A stretch of 64,000 nucleotides of DNA from Nitrospiraceae bacterium (GTDB lineage Bacteria > Nitrospirota > Nitrospiria > Nitrospirales > Nitrospiraceae). The translations under genes and the position numbers were made by a program. Positions within the stretch are counted from its first letter, which is position 1, and each line of letters starts with the position of its first letter. Under the pieces are notes generated by a model, which was not told the DNA's origin, searched no databases, and saw nothing but the letters and a program-made list of their open reading frames with translations. Shown one piece after another: positions 41,645-51,072 of the stretch. The stretch is from NCBI GenBank assembly GCA_050246315.1, contig JBFWWG010000001.1, positions 96,001 through 160,000 on the forward strand, read 5' to 3'.

Positions 41645-42302
41645 GGTCCTGATTGCTGATGATCACCGGGTCGTGCGGGAAGGACTCGCGGCCATCCTCA
41701 AGACCAAGGAAGATATCCATGTCGTGGGGGAAGCGCAGGACGGGCATGAGGCGGTCGAAAAGACCAGAACTCTGATGCCGGACGTGATCCTGATGGATGT
41801 CAGCATGCCGAGAATGGGCGGCGTCGAGGCGACTCGGCAGATCAAGAGGGAATTCCCTCACATCGGCATCGTCGCCCTGACGATGTACGAGGAGCAGCAA
41901 TATATCTTCGATCTCGTGCGGGCGGGAGCGACGGGATATCTCCTGAAGGACAGCGACTCCTCCCAGATCGTGGCTGCGATCCGGGCCATCTATCGAGGAG
42001 AATCGCTGATTCATCCCTCGGTGGCGAGCAAGATCCTCGCGGAGTTTTCCCTGATGGCGCAGAAGAAGGGGAAGAAGTCATCCTGGGTGGAGCACGACCT
42101 CACGGAACGCGAGATCACCGTGCTGCGGCTGGTGGCGGACGGCAAGACCAACAAGGAAATCGCCAACGCGCTCGATCTCAGCGAGAAGACCGTGAAGAAC
42201 CACGTCCGCAACATCTTCCACAAGCTGCAAGTTTATGACCGCACGCAGGCCGCGATCCTCGCCATTAGAAAGGGCCTGATCGAGCTGGAGCCGCGTCCCT
42301 GA
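41619..42302 (+). CDS. NarL/LuxR-family response regulator
   Basis: IADDH, LMDVSMP, LTEREITVL..NKEIA..SEKTVKNHVRNIFHKL. Confidence 0.93.
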   Translation: MEKTTEKIKVLIADDHRVVREGLAAILKTKEDIHVVGEAQDGHEAVEKTRTLMPDVILMDVSMPRMGGVEATRQIKREFPHIGIVALTMYEEQQYIFDLVRAGATGYLLKDSDSSQIVAAIRAIYRGESLIHPSVASKILAEFSLMAQKKGKKSSWVEHDLTEREITVLRLVADGKTNKEIANALDLSEKTVKNHVRNIFHKLQVYDRTQAAILAIRKGLIELEPRP

Positions 42303-42566
42303 GAACCTGTAGCGTATGCCATTCGCTCCTCCCATCTCCTCAGCCATCTCCCAAGGTGACCAAGTCGAAGCTGATCGACCATCGCCATGTCTCCATCAAG
42401 TACTGCGCCCAAGCTGCGGAGGAAGTGGAGACCCTCGCCAGCCCCATCGCCAACTGGAGCAGGCCATTCCCTGATCTCGTCCATCCTCGCGCCTGCGATC
42501 CGGCCATCAGACAACAGCTCCCGAGACACTCCACCGTGGTCGGGCAATCCTCAATTATCGCGCGCC

Positions 42567-45500
42567 CTATCCTGACATGCCATGTTCCCCACGTTCCCTC
42601 CACCACCGCCACATGACATAGACCGGCGGGATGACGAACAGCGTGAGGATCATCGCGGAAAACACTCCGCCGACCTGCGGTGCTGCGATCCGTTTCATCA
42701 CATCAGCTCCCGTGCCCGTGGCCCACATCACCGGGAACAGGCCGATCACGTCCACAAACCCGATCATCGCCATCGGCCTGATGCGTTCCACGGCCCCCGA
42801 CTGAACGGTGTCAATGACGTCTTGCAACGTTTTGAGCCCGCCCGCCGCCTTGCGCCGTGAGCAGGCCTCGTCCAGATAGGCCAGCATGACGGCGCTCGTC
42901 TCCGCCGCGGTCCCGACCACGGTGATCAACCCGACCCACACGGCGATGCTGACGTTGTAGCCGAGGATCCACAGGTACCAGACGGCGCCCACCAGTGAGA
43001 GCGGCACACCGACCATCACCATGCAGGTTTCAGCGACCGAGCGGAAGGTGAGGTAAAATGCGACGAAGATGATCATGAGTGTGAGCGGCACCACAAGCCC
43101 CAATCGCTCTTTCGCCCGCTCCATGAACTCATATTGACCGGACCAGAGGATTGTGTAGCCTGGCGGCAAGTACACCTTCGCCGCCACGGCTCGCTTGAGG
43201 TCTTCCACATAGCCGCCCACGTCGCGGCCGGCCATATCAAGAAAGACATAGCCGGCCAACATGCCGTTTTCATCCCGGATCATTGGAGGACCGGATACGA
43301 ATCGCAGGGTCGTGAGCTGCGCGAGCGGCACCTGAGCGCCGGTCGGCGTATCGACGAGGACTCGCTGGAGCTTCTGCGGATCATCCCGAAACTCCCGCAG
43401 ATAGCGCACGTTGATCGGATACCGTTCGCGTCCCTCGATGGTGGTTGCAATGTTCTCGCCGCCGATGGCTGACTCGATGATCTTTCCCACATCCATCAGC
43501 TTGAGGCCATAGCGGGCAATCTCCTCGCGGTTGATGTCGATGTCCAAATAGTAGCCGCCGAAGACCCGTTCCGCATAGACGCTGCGGGTTCCTGTGACTT
43601 CTTTGAGCACCACCTCCAACCGTTGTCCCAGTTGTTCGATCTGCTTGAGGTCCGGACCGAAGATCTTGATCCCTACCGGCGTCCGAATTCCCGTGGTCAG
43701 CATGTCGATCCGGTTCCGAATCGGCATGGTCCAAGCATTGGTCACACCGGGAAACTGAAGCGCCCGATCCATTTCATCGATCAGACCCTCGTAGCTGAGC
43801 CCGGGCCGCCAGCGCTCGTTCGGCTTCAGTTCGACCACGACCTCCATCATGCTGAACGGAGCCGGGTCTGTGGAGGTTTCCGCCCGTCCGGCTTTGCCGA
43901 ACACCCGCTCCACTTCAGGAAACGCTTTCAGCTTCCGGTCCATGATTTGGAGAAGCCGCCCGGCTTCGGTCACTGAGAGGCCGGGCAAGGTCGTGGGCAT
44001 ATACAGAATCGTTCCCTCGTAGAGCGGCGGCATGAACTCCGACCCCATCCGTTGATAGACCGGCACGGTGCTGAGCAGCAGTCCGCCGGCCAGCAGGACG
44101 ACGAGACCTCGGTGATGCAAGGCCCATCGCAAGAGTGGCGCATAGATGCCTTGCAGACTTCGGCTGACCGGATGGCGCTGTTCCGGGAAGATCCGACCGC
44201 GGATGAACGTCGGCAGGCAGGCGGGGACCAAGGTGATGGCGAGCACCGCGCACGCGGCGATGGCCAGGTTATTTGTCCAAGCCAACGGCTTGAACATCCT
44301 CCCTTCCTGCGCTTCGAGGGCGAAGATGGGAATAAAGGAAATGGCGATCACAAGGACTGATGCGAAAATCGCCGGACCGACCTCCTTCGCTGAATCGATG
44401 AGGACCTGCACCCGCTCGCCCCTGCGGCCATCCCGCTCCCACTCCTCCAATCGCTTGTGGGCGTTGTCCACCATGACGATGGCAGCATCGACCATGTCTC
44501 CGATCGCCACGATGATCCCGCCGAGCGACATGATGTTGACGCCGACTTGCAGCAGATACATGGGAATGAAGGCGATCAGCACCGCAACCGGCAAAGTCAG
44601 AACGGGCACGACCGCCGAACGCACATGCAGCAGGAATGCGACGATCAGCACCCCCGTGACGAGCAGCTCTTCCAAGAGACTCTCGTTGGCCGTGGCGATC
44701 GATTCTCGAATCAGATCGTTGCGGTCATAGGTACTGACGACCTTCACGCCCTTCGGTATGGAGGGCTCCAGTTCCTTGAGCTTGGCCTTCACCCGTTCGA
44801 TCACGGCCAGCGCGTTCTCCCCGAACCGCATGACGACGATGCCGCCGACCACCTCGCCTTCGCCATTCAGGTCGACGAGGCCCCGCCGCATGTCCGGCCC
44901 GAGCCGCACGGTCGCCACATCTCGCAACAGAATCGGCGTGCCGGTTTCATTGACGCCCACCGCGATTTTCTCGATATCCTCGGTCTGCTTGATGTAGCCT
45001 CGTCCTCGAACCACGTATTCGATTCCCGAGAATTCCACGACGCGGCCGCCGACATCGTTGTTGCTCTGTCGAATCGTTTCGACGATCGAAGGAATTGAAA
45101 GGCGGTAGGCGAGGATCTTGGTCGGGTCTAAATTGACCTGGTACTGGCGGACAAAGCCGCCGATGCTCGCGACCTCAGCCACCCCGTCCACCGCGCGCAG
45201 CCAATAGCGTAGGTGCCAATCCTGGAAGCTGCGCAGCGAGGCGAGGTCCTGTTGTCCCGATTCATCGACGACGGCGTACTGATACACCCATCCGACTCCG
45301 GTAGCATCCGGGCCGAGCTGCGGCGTGACTCCTTCCGGCAGTCGGCCCGCCAACTGGTTCAGGTATTCGAGCACACGGCTCCGTGCCCAATAGATGTCGG
45401 TGTCGTCCTTGAACAGGACATAAACATAGGAATAGCCGAAGTCGGAGAAGCCCCGAACTACCGTCACCTTTGGAGCGGACAGCAGCGCCGTGACGATCGG

Positions 45501-45701
45501 ATAGGTGATCTGATCTTCGACCAAATCAGGGGAGCGGCCGGGCCACGTGGTGTAGACGATCACCTGCGTATCCGACACATCGGGCAACGCATCGATCGGC
45601 GTCTGCCACAAGGCCCAGAGGCCGATGGCCGAGAAGGCCAAGACCAGCAGGAACACGATGAAGCGATTTTTCGCGCTGAATTCGATGATGCGTTCAACCA
45701 T
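42567..45701 (-). CDS. cusA: CusA/SilA-type heavy-metal RND efflux permease
   Basis: DALPDVSDTQVIV, GPDATGVGWVYQY, Met sites EFMPPL / PFSMME / RIDMLTTG, IAIGDMVDAAIVMV; start at ATG 45701. Confidence 0.92.
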   Translation of the reverse strand: MVERIIEFSAKNRFIVFLLVLAFSAIGLWALWQTPIDALPDVSDTQVIVYTTWPGRSPDLVEDQITYPIVTALLSAPKVTVVRGFSDFGYSYVYVLFKDDTDIYWARSRVLEYLNQLAGRLPEGVTPQLGPDATGVGWVYQYAVVDESGQQDLASLRSFQDWHLRYWLRAVDGVAEVASIGGFVRQYQVNLDPTKILAYRLSIPSIVETIRQSNNDVGGRVVEFSGIEYVVRGRGYIKQTEDIEKIAVGVNETGTPILLRDVATVRLGPDMRRGLVDLNGEGEVVGGIVVMRFGENALAVIERVKAKLKELEPSIPKGVKVVSTYDRNDLIRESIATANESLLEELLVTGVLIVAFLLHVRSAVVPVLTLPVAVLIAFIPMYLLQVGVNIMSLGGIIVAIGDMVDAAIVMVDNAHKRLEEWERDGRRGERVQVLIDSAKEVGPAIFASVLVIAISFIPIFALEAQEGRMFKPLAWTNNLAIAACAVLAITLVPACLPTFIRGRIFPEQRHPVSRSLQGIYAPLLRWALHHRGLVVLLAGGLLLSTVPVYQRMGSEFMPPLYEGTILYMPTTLPGLSVTEAGRLLQIMDRKLKAFPEVERVFGKAGRAETSTDPAPFSMMEVVVELKPNERWRPGLSYEGLIDEMDRALQFPGVTNAWTMPIRNRIDMLTTGIRTPVGIKIFGPDLKQIEQLGQRLEVVLKEVTGTRSVYAERVFGGYYLDIDINREEIARYGLKLMDVGKIIESAIGGENIATTIEGRERYPINVRYLREFRDDPQKLQRVLVDTPTGAQVPLAQLTTLRFVSGPPMIRDENGMLAGYVFLDMAGRDVGGYVEDLKRAVAAKVYLPPGYTILWSGQYEFMERAKERLGLVVPLTLMIIFVAFYLTFRSVAETCMVMVGVPLSLVGAVWYLWILGYNVSIAVWVGLITVVGTAAETSAVMLAYLDEACSRRKAAGGLKTLQDVIDTVQSGAVERIRPMAMIGFVDVIGLFPVMWATGTGADVMKRIAAPQVGGVFSAMILTLFVIPPVYVMWRWWRERGEHGMSG

Positions 45702-45705
45702 ATTC

Positions 45706-45778
45706 AGTGCTGAGTGCTGAGGACGTGAGTGCTGAGAAGAAGCCGGATCCTCCTCATTCCTCATTCCTCATTCCTCAT
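45706..45778. repeat. Two blocks of heptamer tandem repeats
   Basis: AGTGCTG x3 (45706-45734, one interruption) and TCCTCAT x4 (45751-45778). Confidence 0.85.
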
Positions 45779-45780
45779 TC

Positions 45781-47028
45781 CTATTTCATCCCGGACATGC
45801 CGCCCATGCTTTCGACAGCGGACTTGAGCCGGCTCTCGCTGTCGATCAGAAAGTTGGCCGAAGTCACGATATGCTCGCCTTCGTTCAGTCCTTCCAGCAC
45901 CTCGCACCAGTCTCCCGTCTTCACCCCGGTCGTGATCAGGCGCGGTTCCAGCCTGCCGCCCCCGTGATGGAGAAAGACCATCTGCTTCCGGCCCGATTCG
46001 ATGACCGCTTCTTGAGGAATCGCCAGCCGCGTACCCAAATCGACCCGTAACTCGACGTTCGCGTACATGTCGGGCTTGAGTTTCTCGTCGGGATTATCCA
46101 GCTCGAACCGTACCTTGGCCGTGCGGGTCTTGGGGTCTAGGGTGGGATAGATGAACCCGACGCGGCCAGTCAGCACCGTCGCCGGATCGTATGAAAGCGA
46201 GACGGCCGCCTTCTGACCTCTCTTCACGAAAGAGAGCTCGTATTCGTAGATGTCCGCCAAGATCCACACATGCGAGAGATCGGCGATGGTATACAGTTCT
46301 TCCCCCGGCTCGACATGGGCCCCTTGCAGGATTTCTTTGCGAATGACGGTGCCGCTGATCGGTGAATGGATCGGCAACGTCCTCGTCACACGTTTGGTCT
46401 GCTCCAACTCATGGATATGTTCGTCGCCGATATCCCATAGATGGAGGCGGTGTCGGGTCGCTTCCAGCAGATCCTTGGACCCCAACGCGACTTCCGGAAA
46501 CTCACTTTCCCCGAGCTGCTTCCGGCTTTGCAACGCCAACAGATACTCTTCCTGCGTCGCGACCAGATCGGGGCTGTAGATCGTGAAGAGCCGCTGACCC
46601 TTTTTCACGTGATCGCCATTCGCGCTGACGAAGAGCTGTTCGATCCATCCATGAAACTTGATCGTGACTTTGGCGAGACGCCGCTCGTCCACCGCCACCC
46701 GCCCGACGGTGCGAATGGTCTTTTCCAGGAGTCGGCGCGCCACCGGCTCATACTTCACCCCAACCGTCTGCAAACGTTCGTCCGGAATCGTCACCATGCC
46801 GGGAGGTTCAGGACTGGGTGCTACGGCCTGAGGCATGGGGCCCGGCCCGACGTCCCCTGACCTCTGTCCAGGCCGGTTCTCCGGCATCGACATCCCCGGC
46901 ATGTCGGTCATCGCGTCCTGCGTGGAACCTGCGGGTGGGAAGATTCTAGGCCATAGCCACCACGAGCCCGCTCCGATCACCAGAAGCAGGAAGACCAGCA
47001 CCGGTGGCGTCAGGCGGCGACGGTTCAT
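45781..47028 (-). CDS. cusB: CusB-type RND periplasmic adaptor
   Basis: Met-rich N- and C-termini, IYSPDLVATQEEYL, YPTLDPKTRT, LKPDMYA, NFLIDSES. Confidence 0.9.
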   Translation of the reverse strand: MNRRRLTPPVLVFLLLVIGAGSWWLWPRIFPPAGSTQDAMTDMPGMSMPENRPGQRSGDVGPGPMPQAVAPSPEPPGMVTIPDERLQTVGVKYEPVARRLLEKTIRTVGRVAVDERRLAKVTIKFHGWIEQLFVSANGDHVKKGQRLFTIYSPDLVATQEEYLLALQSRKQLGESEFPEVALGSKDLLEATRHRLHLWDIGDEHIHELEQTKRVTRTLPIHSPISGTVIRKEILQGAHVEPGEELYTIADLSHVWILADIYEYELSFVKRGQKAAVSLSYDPATVLTGRVGFIYPTLDPKTRTAKVRFELDNPDEKLKPDMYANVELRVDLGTRLAIPQEAVIESGRKQMVFLHHGGGRLEPRLITTGVKTGDWCEVLEGLNEGEHIVTSANFLIDSESRLKSAVESMGGMSGMK

Positions 47029-48365
47029 GATCCCGGCTTCCTTTCGGCCATCGGTCCTTCGAGGGAGCCCCCTGTCACCGCTTCGAGCCGGGCCACAGCT
47101 CGCTCGTGGTTCACCATCTCGCCGTGCAGCTCCAATTGACTCTCCTGTAGAGTCAGCAGGCTGTTGAGCAGCGTCAGGAAATCGACTTTCCCCACCGCAT
47201 AGCTCGCTTGCGCCGCCTGCAGCGCCAATGCAGCCTGGGGGATGATCGCATCGCGCAGGATAGTGATCAGCCGTTCAGCCCGCTGCGCCTGCACGAACCC
47301 GTCTTTGACTTGAAACAATACCTCTTGGCGTGTCGCGGCAAATTCCTCCCGCGCCCACTCCAAGCCGGCACGAGCTTCTCGCACTCCCTGCTTTTGTTTG
47401 CTCTCGTAAAAGAGCGGGATCCTGATTCCGACGATCACCTGATACCCGTTGTCGTTGATCTTGTCGTTTCGAAGGCCGAGCGCCGTGATGTCAAAATCCG
47501 GATAGTATTGACGTTTGGCCAACGAGACGGACCGTTCGGACCGGTCAATGCCTTTTGCCGTCGCCAGCAAGGCCGGAGAGAATGCCTCGGCGCGCCGGTT
47601 GAGTTCGTTGAGCGGGATCGTCAGGATCGTGGTGTGAATTTCTTCCGGCGTCCCAAGCGGGTCGGAGGGAGGCCGATTGATCAGGCGATTGATCGCCGCG
47701 TGCAGACTTTCTTTCTGTTGATCGAGCACCGCCAGCCGGTCGAGCACACGCGAGATCTCGACCTGCGCTCGAAATACATCCTGCTGCGCAGCCTGACCAA
47801 CGCCGTACCGTGCCTTTGCGGTCTTCTCAAAGTGCATCAACAGCGCCTTGTTCTTCTCGACAATGTCGATGCTCTTATGCACGAAGTGCAGGTTGAAATA
47901 GGTCTCCTTTAATTCCGTGATCCGCTTCAGCCGGGTGGCCTTGAATTCCTGTTCCAACCGTTCGGCCTCGCGCTGGGCGACCTCTCCTTTGAGACCGAGC
48001 TTGCCCGGAAAGGGAATGTCCTGTCCGAATCCATAGACGGGTCCCTCCAGGACGGGAGGCACCATGGGCATCCGCTGGTATCCCAATTGGAGCCGAGGGT
48101 CCGGCAGCGCTTGGACCTGCGGGACGACCGCGAGCGCGGCCTCCCAGCGCCGCCGGGCGGCCCTGATCTCGGGATTCGCTGCCTCCAGTTCTGCGATGAG
48201 ACCTGGAAGGGCGAGATGATTTTCATGATGCGAAGGGCGATCTCCATCGGATGGCATCGCTCTTCGATCGTCCGCCCCGTGACCCGAGGAGGACGAGAAC
48301 GCGGCGATTGAAACGAGGCTCAGAACAACGAACCAACTTGGGTGGGCTGCGGCAGATCGTTTCAC
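47025..48365 (-). CDS. TolC/CusC-family outer-membrane efflux protein
   Basis: ANPEI..LPDP, QDIPFPGKL, YAVGKVDFLTLL; GTG start at 48365 follows a GGAGG SD. Confidence 0.88.
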   Translation of the reverse strand: MKRSAAAHPSWFVVLSLVSIAAFSSSSGHGADDRRAMPSDGDRPSHHENHLALPGLIAELEAANPEIRAARRRWEAALAVVPQVQALPDPRLQLGYQRMPMVPPVLEGPVYGFGQDIPFPGKLGLKGEVAQREAERLEQEFKATRLKRITELKETYFNLHFVHKSIDIVEKNKALLMHFEKTAKARYGVGQAAQQDVFRAQVEISRVLDRLAVLDQQKESLHAAINRLINRPPSDPLGTPEEIHTTILTIPLNELNRRAEAFSPALLATAKGIDRSERSVSLAKRQYYPDFDITALGLRNDKINDNGYQVIVGIRIPLFYESKQKQGVREARAGLEWAREEFAATRQEVLFQVKDGFVQAQRAERLITILRDAIIPQAALALQAAQASYAVGKVDFLTLLNSLLTLQESQLELHGEMVNHERAVARLEAVTGGSLEGPMAERKPGS

Positions 48366-48369
48366 GAGG

Positions 48370-48452
48370 ACACCTCCAGACGGCGTTGGCAAACTGAAAC
48401 ACCGCCTGCTCAGCCCTCTAGGCCGAGCGGCGAGCGAACGAACTGGAGGTGT
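48370..48452 (-). promoter_or_regulatory. Anti-SD hairpin covering the RBS of the tolC-like gene
   Basis: Perfect 10-bp inverted repeat ACACCTCCAG (48370-48379) / CTGGAGGTGT (48443-48452); the downstream arm on the minus-strand mRNA contains GGAGG. Confidence 0.65.
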
Positions 48453-48456
48453 GAGA

Positions 48457-48831
48457 TCAGATCCGGAGGACCGAGGAAGAATCTATGGAGATGGGCACAA
48501 TGGACAAGACACTCCTCCGAGAGCAGGGTGTCGGGACCGAGAGGAGAGTTAGATCAATAGACGGATTCTGCAGGATCATGACCTGATCAGTAGCCGCGAC
48601 CGCGCCATTTTTCACCTGGCGTTCCGGTGAGGAGATCGCCGACGGCGGACAGATGAGCGTTCCCTCCATCGGGCAACCCATCGGCTCTTCCAAGACCGCC
48701 ATGGGTTCGCCGGCTAAAGCGACAGAGGGGACGGCGCACATGAGCCCGACGACCTGACAGAACACGAACACCAACAGAATCGCGGCCGGCCTCACGTCAA
48801 TTCCTCTTACTGTCGAAACCAGACCAGGCAT
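48457..48831 (-). CDS. Small Cys/Met-rich exported leader-type protein upstream of the cus operon
   Basis: Hydrophobic segment with FCQ..MCAVP, then MGCPMEGTLICPP, C-terminal VLRI. Start uncertain (48774-48831). Confidence 0.55.
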   Translation of the reverse strand: MPGLVSTVRGIDVRPAAILLVFVFCQVVGLMCAVPSVALAGEPMAVLEEPMGCPMEGTLICPPSAISSPERQVKNGAVAATDQVMILQNPSIDLTLLSVPTPCSRRSVLSIVPISIDSSSVLRI

Positions 48832-49053
48832 CGAAATACCTGCGAATTCATCTTCGTTATCCTCTATCAAATTCAGGAGGTTCGTCAAGCTGGACCGTGG
48901 CCCGTGTACGCACTCAGCCAGGTTCACTGCTGCTCGGGAGCTTTCCGCAGCCGGCATTTGGAGCCGGGGTTCCCGTCACGAACCGTCTCATAGACCCTCT
49001 ATTCCAAGAACAACGAGATCGGATCGGGATGAATGTGCTATTCTGTTACCACT

Positions 49054-49530
49054 ATGCCATCGATGGGTGAACGTTCTACCCGGTCTCGCAGAGCCCTTCT
49101 CCTCTGGGTCTCCCTCTGGCTGCTCATGGTGCCATGGGTCCATGTCCACCCGGAAGTCGAGCACAATCACGGCGATCCGGCCCATGCGCACCATGCCATC
49201 ATGCATACGGTGTTCTCGGCACCATTAGAATGCGAATCTCACCAGCCACACCATAATGGCACCCATCGAAGCGTCATTCAGCAGCCGATGCAGCTCACCG
49301 GCCACCATGGGCACGTGTCGGTCCATCCCGAAATTGACTATGTGCTCGCCTCAGCCTCACCGTGCCCAACCATCGACAAGGTGATCCTTAGCCTCTCTAC
49401 CATTGAAGCCGCACCATCAACGGGTTCCTGCGGATTCACCAGGGTCGATGCGACTCGCTCAATCGCGCCGACCATTCTGGCTCTTGCGACCTCTCTTCCC
49501 CTTCGGGCTCCACCGGCTCCTCTTTCCTGA
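49054..49530 (+). CDS. His-rich DUF2946-like leader protein ending in RAPP
   Basis: TM/signal segment, VHVHPEVEHNHGDPAHAHHAIMHT, further His clusters, C-terminal LPLRAPPAPLS. Start uncertain (49054/49063). Confidence 0.65.
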   Translation: MPSMGERSTRSRRALLLWVSLWLLMVPWVHVHPEVEHNHGDPAHAHHAIMHTVFSAPLECESHQPHHNGTHRSVIQQPMQLTGHHGHVSVHPEIDYVLASASPCPTIDKVILSLSTIEAAPSTGSCGFTRVDATRSIAPTILALATSLPLRAPPAPLS

Positions 49531-49634
49531 AACGGTTTTCTTCATCCTGTGATCCGGTGAAGCAGGACGTCCACTCGGACATCTTCGAACCATCACCGAT
49601 CCGAGATCCGCTTCACGAAAAGGAAGGAGGAGTC
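49515..49634 (+). promoter_or_regulatory. Anti-SD stem pairing the end of the RAPP ORF with the downstream RBS
   Basis: GGCTCCTCTTTCCT (49515-49528) pairs over 14 bp (2 G-U) with AGGAAGGAGGAGTC (49621-49634); inner stems GTGAAGC/GCTTCAC and CTCGGA/TCCGAG. Confidence 0.65.
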
Positions 49635-49636
49635 CC

Positions 49637-49890
49637 ATGGTCGTTCGACTATTCATGGCACCCTGGCTCCTGTTGTTCAACTCTCTGTCCCTGTGGAACG
49701 AGGACCGAGAGGCCGAGCCAAGCCCGGCGCCGTACAAACTGAACACCATCATCGATTGAGCGATTGCACGCTGCGGGCACACCTTTACTGTGCAGCAACC
49801 GCTGGTGTGGCCGGCCAAGCGGCAGGGGCGAGGAATGCCTCGTCCGTGAGGATGAGCAGGGGGACTGGAAAGCGAGGAGCGCCGTCATGA
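49637..49890 (+). pseudogene. Remnant of a CzcC/TolC outer-membrane factor gene
   Basis: Strong RBS, then MVVRLFMAPWLLLF...PYKLNTIID*AIARCGHTFTVQQPLVWPAKRQGR; the QPLxWPxKR motif is TolC/CzcC-like; internal stop and large deletions. Confidence 0.6.
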
Positions 49891-51071
49891 CCTACGGCAT
49901 CAAAGGGTACAGGTGGAACGTGATCGTCGCGCTCGCGACGCTGATGGTCGGGTGCGGCGAGCGCGAGCCGGAACAATCCACGGCGCCGCCGGAGAACCAA
50001 GCGACCGCGACCAGCGCGATTATCCAGGTCGTCCAACCGCCGGCGGCTGTGCGGGACCGGATACGAACCGAGATGGTCGTCGTCCGAACGGTGCCGGAGA
50101 CGGTCACAGCGCCCGGCGAAGTTTCACTGGACCTGAAGCAGGTCGCCAAAGTGACCTCCAGGATCGACGGACAGGCGGTGCGGGTCTACGCGCAATTGGG
50201 CGATCGCGTCCAGGCCGGACAGCCGCTTGTCGCGATCGGGAGCCTGCAACTGGATCAGTTGGTCGAAGAGTATCTCGTTGCGAAAGCGCAAGCCGACGTG
50301 GCCGAGAATGCCTTCCGGCGAAGCGAGCGGCTCCGGGCGGATCAGATCATCGCCGAACGCCGGTTTGTTGAAGAACGAGGGCGGCACCTGGAAACCAAGG
50401 CGCGGCACCAGCACATCCGCGAGAAGCTCATGAACATGGGCCTGACCGCCCGAGAACTCAAAGAATTGGAGCAGGGGACTCATGAGCAAAGCCATCGCTA
50501 TACCCTCACGGCGCCGATCGCCGGCACCGTGGTGGCGCAGAACGTCGTACTGGGCCAAGGGGTGGCGCCGGGCCTCGAATTGTTCGAGGTGGTGGATACC
50601 AGCCGGGTCTGGGTATTTGCCAACCTGCCGATCGAACAGGCGAGGCGATTCAAGGTCGGAGACCAGGGCACGATCGTGCCCAAGGGCGCCGAGCCGTTGA
50701 TGGCTCCGTTGACCTACCTTTCGCCGGTCGCGGACGAAAAGACCCGCACCATCCGCATCCGCTTAGAGGTGGCGAATCAAGAAGCTCGGCTGAAGCCGCA
50801 AGAATATGTGGACGTTCGCTTGTCCTTCGATGGAGAGCCGGTCCTCGCCGTTCCAGTCGGCGCCGTCACGATGGTGGGCAACAGCCGCGGGCTGTTCGTG
50901 CAGCGGGAACAGGGCTATGACTTTGTTCCCGTACAGACAGGACGTGAAGGAGACGGATGGGTGGAAATCATCCAGGGAGTCGCCCAGGGCGACCGTGTGG
51001 CCAGCGACGGCGTCTTCGATCTGAAGAACGTGCTCCTCAAGGAACATATCGACTCGGGAGAAGAGAGGTAA
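49887..51071 (+). CDS. czcB: CzcB-type RND periplasmic adaptor (lipoprotein)
   Basis: LMVGC lipobox, VTSRIDG, LTAPIAGTV, VADEKTRTI, ARLKP. Confidence 0.85.
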   Translation: MTYGIKGYRWNVIVALATLMVGCGEREPEQSTAPPENQATATSAIIQVVQPPAAVRDRIRTEMVVVRTVPETVTAPGEVSLDLKQVAKVTSRIDGQAVRVYAQLGDRVQAGQPLVAIGSLQLDQLVEEYLVAKAQADVAENAFRRSERLRADQIIAERRFVEERGRHLETKARHQHIREKLMNMGLTARELKELEQGTHEQSHRYTLTAPIAGTVVAQNVVLGQGVAPGLELFEVVDTSRVWVFANLPIEQARRFKVGDQGTIVPKGAEPLMAPLTYLSPVADEKTRTIRIRLEVANQEARLKPQEYVDVRLSFDGEPVLAVPVGAVTMVGNSRGLFVQREQGYDFVPVQTGREGDGWVEIIQGVAQGDRVASDGVFDLKNVLLKEHIDSGEER

Positions 51072-51072
51072 G

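Noticed and set aside
42303..42566. Short ORFs between the NarL regulator and cusA
   Set aside because: No supportable homology or RBS.
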